Of a stretch of 64,000 nucleotides of DNA, positions 17,111-25,517 are shown piece by piece (the stretch's first letter is position 1; every line of letters starts with the position of its first letter). This DNA comes from Alphaproteobacteria bacterium. GTDB lineage: Bacteria; Pseudomonadota; Alphaproteobacteria; UBA2966. Made by a program: the position numbers and the translations under genes. The stretch is from positions 2,304,001 through 2,368,000 of the forward strand of contig OZ219856.1 in NCBI GenBank assembly GCA_964291395.2, written 5' to 3'. The notes under the pieces are model-generated. The model saw only the letters and a list, made by a program, of their open reading frames with translations. It searched no databases and was not told where the DNA came from.

Positions 17111-18592
17111 TCAAGCGCCGGCGCCGGCGGCCGCGGCGCCCGCGATCCGGCCGAACACGGCGCCGGAGGTCAACCCCGTCGCGCCCGGATAATTGAAGTA
17201 GAAGAGCCCGCCGACGAGCTCGCCCGCCGCGTAGAGCCCGGGGATCGCCCGGCCGTCGGTATCGATCACCCGGGCCCGCGGATCTATCCGCAGGCCGCCG
17301 AACGTGAAGGTGATCCCGCAGGTCACCCCGTAGGCCTCGAACGGCGGTTCGTCGACGGTGTTCGCCCAGTTCGACTTGGGCACCGCCAGGCCCTCGGTGC
17401 ACCGGCCGTCCTTGACGTTGGGATCGAACGGGATGTCGGTGCGGACCGCCGCGTTGTAGTCCCTGATCGTCGCGACGACGCCGGCCGCGTCGGTGTCGTC
17501 CATCTTCGCGGCCAGCTCTTCGATCGTATCGGCCCGGATCCTGGTGACGCGCCGGATGCGGTACTCGTCCCGCAGCAGGTGCGCGACCTTGGCGTCGAAG
17601 ACCTGCCACGCGAACTGACCCGGCTGCGAGAGGATCTCGCGCCCGTACTTGGCGTAGGTGTAGTTCCGGAACTCCGCTCCTTCATCGAGGAAACGCCGAC
17701 CGCGCGAATTCAACACGATCCCCCACGGGTAGCTGTGCTTCTGGAACTGGTCGCCGACGGCGAGGTCGCCGAATTCCGGCGCGTTGCGGTCCCAGGCCAC
17801 GGCGTGACAGCCGGACCAGTTGCCGGCGGGAGACGCGCCCGCGTCGAGCGCCATGCGGATGCCGTCGCCCGTGTTGAACCGCGATCCCCGGACCTTCGCA
17901 AGATCCCATCCCGGGCCGAGATAGCGGGTACGCCACTCGGTATTGGCTTCGAACCCCCCCGACGCCAACACGACGCCGCGCGCAAGAATATCCCGGGTCC
18001 GTCCACCGTGGCGCACGCGAACGCCGCGCACGCCGTCGTCGTCCTGCAGCAGCGACATGGCCCGCGCCTCGTACAGGACCTCCACACCGGCCTGCCCGGC
18101 GGCAGCGTGCAGCGAGTCGACCAACCCGGGGCCGCCGCCCGCCACCTCCACGGTGACGCCGCCCCAGAACTTGAACCTGCCGTCCACCTTGAAGGCCTGG
18201 CGGCCGTAGATCGGAACGAAACGGACGCCCTTGGATTTCATCCACTCGACGGTGGAGAAACTCCTCGTCACCAGCGCTTCGACCAAGTCGGGGTCGCAGC
18301 GGTACTGCGTGATACGGCCCATGTCGTCGAAATACTGGTCGGACGTGTATTCGCCGAAGTCGGTGATCTCCCTCTCTTCGTCGGAAAGATCGACGAGCCT
18401 CTCGATATCCCCGACGCCGTTGTAGACGATCCGCATGCCTCCGGCGGTGAACCGGCTGTTGCCGCCCCGCTCCTCCCGGGACGCGCGTTCCAGCACCAGC
18501 ACCTCGGGCGCGCGCTCCCGCGCGGACAGCGCCGCGCAAAGCGCCGCGTTGCCGGCACCGACCACGATCACGTCGTACGCGTCCTTCGCCAT
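17111..18592 (-). CDS. tcuA: FAD-dependent tricarballylate dehydrogenase TcuA-like protein
   Basis: VVGAGNAALCAA, RGGNSRFT, RFLDEG, GITFTFGGL, GLYAAGELVGGLFYFNYPG. Confidence 0.85.
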   Translation of the reverse strand: MAKDAYDVIVVGAGNAALCAALSARERAPEVLVLERASREERGGNSRFTAGGMRIVYNGVGDIERLVDLSDEEREITDFGEYTSDQYFDDMGRITQYRCDPDLVEALVTRSFSTVEWMKSKGVRFVPIYGRQAFKVDGRFKFWGGVTVEVAGGGPGLVDSLHAAAGQAGVEVLYEARAMSLLQDDDGVRGVRVRHGGRTRDILARGVVLASGGFEANTEWRTRYLGPGWDLAKVRGSRFNTGDGIRMALDAGASPAGNWSGCHAVAWDRNAPEFGDLAVGDQFQKHSYPWGIVLNSRGRRFLDEGAEFRNYTYAKYGREILSQPGQFAWQVFDAKVAHLLRDEYRIRRVTRIRADTIEELAAKMDDTDAAGVVATIRDYNAAVRTDIPFDPNVKDGRCTEGLAVPKSNWANTVDEPPFEAYGVTCGITFTFGGLRIDPRARVIDTDGRAIPGLYAAGELVGGLFYFNYPGATGLTSGAVFGRIAGAAAAGAGA

Positions 18593-18826
18593 CTTCCTTC
18601 CGCCCCGCTCCGCCGCCCACGGAGTCCGATCAGGCTAGTTCTAGCCGCGCCGCGCCCTTCCGAGCAAGCGGACCCCGGCGACGCCGAGATCCGTGTGCCG
18701 GCGAGAACGGCCTCCGCCGCGCGTCTTCGACGCGTCCGCGCCGCCCACCCCGTCCTCCGCGGCGGTTGCGCCGCCGCATCGCGCCCGGCACAGTCTCCGT
18801 GCCGGGCACACACGGGAGGGCACGCC

Positions 18827-19720
18827 ATGGAATTCCCCCGACACGACCGCTACGACTACGTCCCGATCGACGAACGGCCGGACTACACCTGGCCGAACGG
18901 CAAGCGCCTCGCCGTCTATTTCGGCAACAACGTCGAGGAATTCGCCTTCCGGGAAGGCCTCAACGAGGCGGGCCTGCCGGCCCCGCCGCCCACGCACCGG
19001 ACCTACGCCTTGCGCGACTACGGCAACCGGGTCGGCGTCTGGCGACTGTTCGACCTGCTCGACGATCTCGGCGCCCCGGCGTCGCACAACATCAACACGG
19101 CCGTCCTGGAGCACGCGCCCCGGGTGGCGGAGCGGATCAAGGAGCGCGGCGACGAGATGATCGGCCACGGCCGCACCAATTCGGAGCGCCAGGACGGATT
19201 CTCCGAAGCCGACGAGAAGGAGATGATCGAGCACTGCGTCGAGGCGATCACGAAGCACGGCGACGAACGGCCGACCGGCTGGCTCAGCCCGTTCCTGGCC
19301 GAGACCGCCGTCACACCCGACCTCCTGAAGGAAGCCGGCTACGACTACACCCTCAACTGGCCCTTCGACGACCAACCCGTCTGGATGCGCACGCGGGCGG
19401 GGCCCCTCCTCTACGTACCGTATACCGTGGAGATCAACGACCTGCCGGTGATCATCAACACGTGGCGCTACACGCCGCGGCAGTTCGCCGAGCTGATCAC
19501 CGATCAGTTCGACGAGATGCTGGAGGAGTCACGGCGCCGGCCCCTGGTGTTCTGCTTCTCCCTCCACACCTTCGTCCTCGGCCACCCCTTCCGCATCCGG
19601 CCGCTGCGCCGAGCCATGGAGCACGTCATGAGGCATCGCGACGACATCTGGCTCACGACCCCGGGCAGGATCGCGGCCTACTGCAAGACCTTGCCGCCGG
19701 GAATCATCCCGGGCAGCTGA
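18827..19720 (+). CDS. Polysaccharide deacetylase family protein (PuuE allantoinase-like)
   Basis: WPNGKRLAV, RDYGNRVGVWRL, GHG, PTGWLSP, DDQP, PYTVEIND, LHTFVLGHPFR. Confidence 0.88.
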   Translation: MEFPRHDRYDYVPIDERPDYTWPNGKRLAVYFGNNVEEFAFREGLNEAGLPAPPPTHRTYALRDYGNRVGVWRLFDLLDDLGAPASHNINTAVLEHAPRVAERIKERGDEMIGHGRTNSERQDGFSEADEKEMIEHCVEAITKHGDERPTGWLSPFLAETAVTPDLLKEAGYDYTLNWPFDDQPVWMRTRAGPLLYVPYTVEINDLPVIINTWRYTPRQFAELITDQFDEMLEESRRRPLVFCFSLHTFVLGHPFRIRPLRRAMEHVMRHRDDIWLTTPGRIAAYCKTLPPGIIPGS

Positions 19721-19786
19721 TCCGCCGGGGACGGACCGAATTCGCACAACGTCGGGAGGGGCATGCAAGCCGCAGGCCGGGCCGGG

Positions 19787-20360
19787 CTTCATCACGATTG
19801 TCAGGACGATTGTCAGGCCGCGCATTCAGGTGTATACGCACTGATGCACCCAACCCCTCGAACGGCGTCTGGACATCCATCATGGCATCGCGGACCTCCC
19901 CCTCCGAACCGGCGAATTGCCTGTGCTTCAACCTCCGCAAGGCCGCGAGGGCGATCACGCGGACCTATGACGGCGCGCTGGCTCCGGTCGGCCTGAAGGC
20001 GACCCAGTTCACGGTCCTCCAGATCGCGAGCGAGGCGGGCGGCACCGCAATGAGCCGGCTGGCGGGCCGGCTCGGCATGGATCGAACGACCCTGACCCGA
20101 AATCTGCAACCCCTGGAGAAACTGGGCCTGATCTCCGTCGGCGCCGGCAGGGACCGGCGCGAACGGTCAATCCGGGTCACCGAGGCGGGGCGCGAGGTCC
20201 TGGAGCAGGCGCTTCCCCTGTGGGAGGGCGCACAATCAAGGCTCTACAGCGCGTTGGGCCCCGTCGCCTTCGTTTCCCTGCTGGATCGACTGGACAACTG
20301 GACAGAACCCGCACTAGGCCATCGGAAGAGTCGGCGTCGAACCCCCGCACAGGCGCCGCA
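19787..20360 (+). repeat. Direct duplication copy 1 (marR plus flanks); copy 2 at 21153-21535
   Basis: Near-identical promoter, gene start, 3' half and downstream sequence shared with 21153-21535. Confidence 0.92.
19826..19844. promoter_or_regulatory. Probable MarR operator palindrome
   Basis: TCAGGTGTATACGCACTGA, repeated as TCAGGTGTATATGCACTGA at 21171-21189. Confidence 0.55.
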
Positions 20361-20376
20361 ACCCGCATCCGCATAA
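19882..20376 (+). CDS. MarR-family transcriptional regulator (CxC type), 3' end altered
   Basis: CLCFNLRKAARAITRTYD...TQFTVL...LGMDRTTLTRNLQPLE...DRRERSIRVTEAG. Confidence 0.9.
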   Translation: MASRTSPSEPANCLCFNLRKAARAITRTYDGALAPVGLKATQFTVLQIASEAGGTAMSRLAGRLGMDRTTLTRNLQPLEKLGLISVGAGRDRRERSIRVTEAGREVLEQALPLWEGAQSRLYSALGPVAFVSLLDRLDNWTEPALGHRKSRRRTPAQAPQPASA

Positions 20377-20424
20377 TCGCGCCCGGGACCCGTCCGGGGC
20401 ACGGCCACGCGCGGTCATCCGTAT

Positions 20425-20819
20425 TCAGCCCTCGGCCGGCAGCCAGGCGACGTCGTAGCGTGCTATCCGGCGATCGCCGGTCACGATCGTCAGGCCGTCG
20501 GCAAGCGCCTGCGCGATCAGCATGCGATCGAACGGGTCGCGGTGAAGGAACGGCAGATCCGCCAGCCGGTCGACATGCCTGAACGCGATCGGCAGCGGGC
20601 GGAACCCGCTCTCGGCGACCCCGTCCTCGAAGCGAGCCGCGAGTCGGAGCTTGCCGAGGGAGACCTTGACCGCAGCCTCCCACGCCGAGGCCATGCTGAC
20701 ATGGACGATATCGGCCTCGGCGATGGCGCCGCGGGCGGCCGCGCCAAGCCGCTCCGGCGCGGCACGCCACCAGAGAAATGCGTATCAAGCAGCAGGCGGT
20801 CCGTCGGCGTCCGCGCCAT
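20425..20819 (-). pseudogene. vapC: PIN-domain VapC toxin, frameshifted near 20780
   Basis: LLLDT in one frame; AFLWW...VSMASAWEAAVK...HRDPFDRMLIAQA in another; loss of 4 nt from ACG CAC GCA would explain it. Confidence 0.85.
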
Positions 20820-21045
20820 AAAACGCGTCTTCCAGCTCGCGGGAAAGCGGGGCATCGAAGTCGTCGGCCATCCAGACCTTGCCCTCCCAGCCGCCGGGCT
20901 CACGCGGCAGGCGTGCGGGTTCCAACGCGACGAGACGCGCCCGGGGCCGGTTGTTCTTGGCGATGACGATCTCCTCTCCGCGCGCCACGTCCTCGACCAG
21001 ACGCGACAGGTGAGTCTTCGCCTGATGGATATTGATGGTACGCAT
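20785..21045 (-). CDS. Phd/YefM-family antitoxin (VapB)
   Basis: MRTINIHQAKTHLSRLVEDVARGEEIVIAKNNRPRARLV...DDFDAPL. Confidence 0.92.
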   Translation of the reverse strand: MRTINIHQAKTHLSRLVEDVARGEEIVIAKNNRPRARLVALEPARLPREPGGWEGKVWMADDFDAPLSRELEDAFYGADADGPPAA

Positions 21046-21223
21046 CGGACTAAACTAACTCTAGTGATTCAACATCAAGGGCGCTCGCCGCTCCCGACCG
21101 AACCGCATCACACGATTCACATACTGTCGAGGGGCAGATCACGGGCCAGGGACTTCATCACGATTATCATTCAGGTGTATATGCACTGACATACTCAACT
21201 TCGACGGCGTCTGGACATCCATC

Positions 21224-21492
21224 ATGGCATCGCGGACCTCCCCCTCCGAACCGGCGAATTGCCTGTGCTTCAACCTCAACCCCTGGAGAAACCGGGCCTG
21301 ATCTCCGTCGGCGCCGGCAGGGACCGGCGCGAACGGTCAATCCGGGTCACCGAGGCGGGGCGCGAGGTCCTGGAGCAGGCGCTTCCCCTGTGGGAGGGCG
21401 CGCAATCAAGGCTCTACAGCGCCTTGGGCCCCGTCGCCTTCGTTTCCCTGCTGGATCGACTGGACAACGTGATCGACAGAACCCGCACCTAG
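21224..21492 (+). pseudogene. Second marR copy with about 172-bp internal deletion
   Basis: Identical start, then jumps from TTCAACCT to CAACCCCTGG (copy-1 19935-20106 missing), removing the HTH and shifting the frame. Confidence 0.88.
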
Positions 21493-21702
21493 GCCATCGG
21501 AAGAGTCGGCGTCGAACCCCCGCACAGGCGCCGCACACGGACGAACGGCAAATGCGGAGTTCGCCACCAATCCTTACAGGTGCGGATACACTTATACTTT
21601 CAAAACAGGCGGTCGCACGTCTCCCGGACCGTTTGTCCCGGGAATCCGTTCTCATCCTTTCATAGAGTCCGATCCGGTGCTGACGGTACTCTGGATCCTG
21701 CC

Positions 21703-22866
21703 GTGTCTGCTGCGTCACAAGGTCTTGCGAAGGCGGCGACGACCTCCGAACTCGACGACGAGGGGCGCATCGCGTGTCTTCGCCTGATGCGCAGCGAGAA
21801 CGTCGGCCCCATCACCTATCACCATCTGATCGAGCGGTACGGTTCGGCGTCGCGGGCACTCGAAGCCCTGCCGCGCCTCGCCCGCCGCGGGGGAAAGCCG
21901 ACCCTCCGCATATGCAGCGAGCAGGAGGCCCTGGCCGAACTGGAGACCGTGGAGCGTTTGGGCGCCCGGCTGATCGCGCACGGCGAACGGACGTATCCCG
22001 GGCCGCTGGCCACGCTGCCGGACGCGCCACCCCTGATCTCGGTCAGAGGACAACGCGACCTGTTCGACCGCCCCGCCGTCGCGATCGTCGGCACCCGGAA
22101 CGCTTCCAGCGCCGGACACCGGTACACCCGAACGCTCGCCGCGGAGCTGGGAGAAGCGGGTTTCGCCGTCGTGTCCGGGCTGGCCCGCGGCATCGATACG
22201 GCAGCCCACGCCGGTGCCATGGAAACCGGCACCCTCGCGGTGCTGGCCGGCGGCATCGACTCCGTTTATCCGCCGGAGAACGCGGACCTCCAATCCGAGA
22301 TTTCCGAGCGGGGCCTCCTGGTCGCGGAACAGAAGGCCGGCACGCGTCCCCAAGCCAGGCATTTCCCCACCCGGAACCGGCTCATATCGGGCCTGTCACT
22401 CGGTGTCATCGTCGTCGAAGCGGCGCTGCGGTCGGGCTCTCTGATCACCGCTCGCTGCGCGCTCGAGCAAGGCCGCGAGGTATTCGCCGTGCCGGGCTCG
22501 CCCCTCGACCCGCGCTGCCACGGCAGCAACGGGCTCATCCAGGACGGCGCCGTTCTGGTCCAGTCCGCAAGCGACGTCACGTCCGCGCTCGACCTCATGA
22601 CACGATCCCGCCGGCCGCCGGAACCCCTCCGCCGGCGCCCCGTGCCGACACCGATTCCGGATGACGGGCAACTCGCCGACTCCCGCCATCGGGTGGCCGC
22701 CGCGCTGAGTCCGACACCGGTGACGGTTGACGAACTCCTTCGCCACTGCCATTTGACTCCCCCGGTGCTTTTGACCATTTTGCTCGAACTCGAAGCGGCA
22801 GGCCGCCTGCATCGGCACCCTGGAAACAGAGTTTCCCTTGGCGATCAAGGCGTTACGTACCCGTAG
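21703..22866 (+). CDS. dprA: DNA-processing protein DprA
   Basis: LRLMRSENVGP, VAIVGTRNAS, VSGLARGIDTAAH, FPTRNRLISG, SGSLITA, GREVFAVPG; start uncertain. Confidence 0.93.
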   Translation: MSAASQGLAKAATTSELDDEGRIACLRLMRSENVGPITYHHLIERYGSASRALEALPRLARRGGKPTLRICSEQEALAELETVERLGARLIAHGERTYPGPLATLPDAPPLISVRGQRDLFDRPAVAIVGTRNASSAGHRYTRTLAAELGEAGFAVVSGLARGIDTAAHAGAMETGTLAVLAGGIDSVYPPENADLQSEISERGLLVAEQKAGTRPQARHFPTRNRLISGLSLGVIVVEAALRSGSLITARCALEQGREVFAVPGSPLDPRCHGSNGLIQDGAVLVQSASDVTSALDLMTRSRRPPEPLRRRPVPTPIPDDGQLADSRHRVAAALSPTPVTVDELLRHCHLTPPVLLTILLELEAAGRLHRHPGNRVSLGDQGVTYP

Positions 22867-22899
22867 GCCACCGCGCGCGGACAATCATTTGGACCCTTC

Positions 22900-25506
22900 A
22901 TGAACGTCGTCATCGTCGAATCGCCGGCCAAGGCCAAGACGATCAACAAGTATCTGGGCAACGATTTCGTCGTCCTGGCCAGCTATGGGCACGTGCGCGA
23001 TCTGCCGTCGAAAGACGGTTCGGTCGTGCCCGACGACGACTTCGCGATGACCTACGAAACCAACCCCGGGTCGGCGAAACACATCCGCGAGATCGTCCGG
23101 GCACTACGGAACGCCGACCGCCTGTACCTGGCCACCGACCCCGACCGCGAGGGCGAGGCCATCTCATGGCATGTGCTCAAGGAACTTCAAGAGCGCAACG
23201 CCGTAAACGGCGTCGACGTCAAGCGAGTCGTCTTCAACGAGGTGACCCGCGGTGCCGTGCAAGAAGCCGTCGCGCATCCGCGCGACCTCGACATGGACCT
23301 GGTCAACGCCCAGCAGGCCCGGAGGGCCCTCGACTACCTGGTGGGCTTCACCCTATCGCCGGTGCTCTGGCGCAAGCTGCCCGGATCGCGCTCCGCCGGC
23401 CGTGTGCAATCGGTCGCGCTGCGCCTGATCTGTGAACGCGAACTCGAGATCGAAGCCTTCAAGCCGCGGGAATACTGGTCGATCGAGGCAGCCCTCCGAG
23501 CGGACGACGGAACGCCGTTCTCCGCCCGCCTGACGTCTCTCGACGGCGAGCAACTCGATAAATTCTCGCTCTCAACGGCGGCAGGCGCCGAGCGCGCCGC
23601 CGAGATCCTGCGCGCTTCGCCCGCGCTGTCGGTTGTCGGCGTCGAATCGAAGGAAATCCAGCGCAATCCGCGGCCGCCTTTCACGACGTCGACACTCCAG
23701 CAGGAAGCGGCACGCAAGCTCCGCATGCGCGCGCAACGCACCATGCAGGTGGCGCAGAAACTCTACGAAGGTACGGATATCGGCGGGGAAACCGTCGGCC
23801 TGATCACCTACATGCGCACCGACGGCGTACAGATCGCGTCGGAAGCGATCCAAGACTGCCGAGGCCTCATATCGGAGAGGTTCGGTGCGCCCTATCTTCC
23901 GGTCAAGCCACGCGCCTACCGCAGTCCGGCGAAGAACGCCCAGGAAGCCCACGAAGCCATCCGGCCCACGGACCCATCGCGCACCCCCGCGGACGTCTCG
24001 CCGTTCCTCGACAACGAGGCCGGGCGCCTCTATGACCTGATCTGGAAGCGGACGGTGGCGAGCCAAATGGCTTCGGCGCGTCTCGAGCAAACCGCCATCA
24101 ACATGTCGACACGCGACGGCCGAGCCGGTCTGCGCGCCACCGGTTCCGTCGTTCTGTTCGACGGCTTCCTCAAGTTGTACCAGGAGGGCCGCGACGACCC
24201 GTCCGAGGGCATCGGGGACGACTCCGACGAGCGCCGCCTTCCCAAAGTCGCCAAAGGCGAGACCATCCAGTGCGAGGATGTCCGGCCCAAACAGCATTTC
24301 ACGGAACCGCCGCCCCGATTCACCGAGGCGACCCTGGTAAGGCGTCTCGAGGAGCTCGGCATCGGACGACCCTCGACATACGCCAGCATCATTTCGGTTC
24401 TGCAGGACCGGGACTACGTCCGAGTCGACAAGTCCCGATTCGTGCCGGACGACCGGGGCCGGCTGGTGACCGCCTTCCTCAGCAACTTCTTCGACCGGTA
24501 CGTGGAGTACGACTTCACGGCCAGGTTGGAAGAAACCCTCGACGACATTTCCGCCGGAAACGCGAACTGGAAACAGGTCCTGCGCGAATTCTGGGAAGCC
24601 TTCAGCCGCGCCGTCGAGGAGACGGAAGACCTGCGGGTCCGGGAGGTTCTGGATGCCCTCAACGAGACGCTCGGCGCCCATTTCTTCCACTCCGACGATC
24701 CGGCCGTCGATCCCCGGGCCTGCCCCTCGTGCGACGACGGGAAGCTGTCCCTGAAGCTCGGCAAGTTCGGCGCCTTCATCGGCTGTTCGAACTATCCCGA
24801 TTGCCGGTACACGCGGCGCCTGGTCAACGGAAACGGTGCGGATACGGACCAGGACAACGGCCCCCGTGAACTCGGTCTCGACCCGGAGACCGGCAGACCC
24901 GTGAGCGTGCGCTCCGGCCCGTACGGCCACTATGTCCAACTCGACGCGGATCCGGAGGCCGGGGACGAGAAGAACCGGAAGCCCAAGCGCGTCTCGCTGC
25001 CCCGCGAGATCCCGCCGGAGGAGATCGAGCTCGAGACCGCCCTGGCGCTGTTGGCGTTACCCCGGGAAGTCGGGCGCCATCCGGAAACCGGCAAGAAGAT
25101 TTCCGCGGGGATCGGCCGTTTCGGCCCTTACGTGGTCCACGAAGGCAAGTACGCGTCCCTCAAACCGGACGACGACGTTCTGACCGTGGGACTCAACCGT
25201 GCCGTGGTGCTCCTGGCCGACGCCGGCCGGCGCCAAAGAGGCGGAACGGCGCTCAAGGAACTCGGTGATCACCCTGACAACGGCAAGCCCGTCGTCGTCA
25301 TCGACGGCCGCTACGGTCCGTACGTCAAACACGGGCGGACCAACGCCACATTGCCCAAAGAGGTCGCACCTCAGGATGTCACCATGGACATGGCCGTGGC
25401 GCTGCTGGCTCAAAAGGCCGCGAGGAAGGGCAAGGGCCGCCCCGGCGGGCGCAAATCCGCCCGATCACCGCGCCCGAAGGCAGCACCCAACGCGGCCCCG
25501 GAATAG
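22900..25506 (+). CDS. topA: DNA topoisomerase I
   Basis: IVESPAKAKTI, ATDPDREGEAI, SAGRVQS, ITYMRTD (catalytic Tyr), GIGRPSTY, Zn ribbon and Topo_C repeats. Confidence 0.97.
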   Translation: MNVVIVESPAKAKTINKYLGNDFVVLASYGHVRDLPSKDGSVVPDDDFAMTYETNPGSAKHIREIVRALRNADRLYLATDPDREGEAISWHVLKELQERNAVNGVDVKRVVFNEVTRGAVQEAVAHPRDLDMDLVNAQQARRALDYLVGFTLSPVLWRKLPGSRSAGRVQSVALRLICERELEIEAFKPREYWSIEAALRADDGTPFSARLTSLDGEQLDKFSLSTAAGAERAAEILRASPALSVVGVESKEIQRNPRPPFTTSTLQQEAARKLRMRAQRTMQVAQKLYEGTDIGGETVGLITYMRTDGVQIASEAIQDCRGLISERFGAPYLPVKPRAYRSPAKNAQEAHEAIRPTDPSRTPADVSPFLDNEAGRLYDLIWKRTVASQMASARLEQTAINMSTRDGRAGLRATGSVVLFDGFLKLYQEGRDDPSEGIGDDSDERRLPKVAKGETIQCEDVRPKQHFTEPPPRFTEATLVRRLEELGIGRPSTYASIISVLQDRDYVRVDKSRFVPDDRGRLVTAFLSNFFDRYVEYDFTARLEETLDDISAGNANWKQVLREFWEAFSRAVEETEDLRVREVLDALNETLGAHFFHSDDPAVDPRACPSCDDGKLSLKLGKFGAFIGCSNYPDCRYTRRLVNGNGADTDQDNGPRELGLDPETGRPVSVRSGPYGHYVQLDADPEAGDEKNRKPKRVSLPREIPPEEIELETALALLALPREVGRHPETGKKISAGIGRFGPYVVHEGKYASLKPDDDVLTVGLNRAVVLLADAGRRQRGGTALKELGDHPDNGKPVVVIDGRYGPYVKHGRTNATLPKEVAPQDVTMDMAVALLAQKAARKGKGRPGGRKSARSPRPKAAPNAAPE

Positions 25507-25517
25507 GCGAACGCGGC

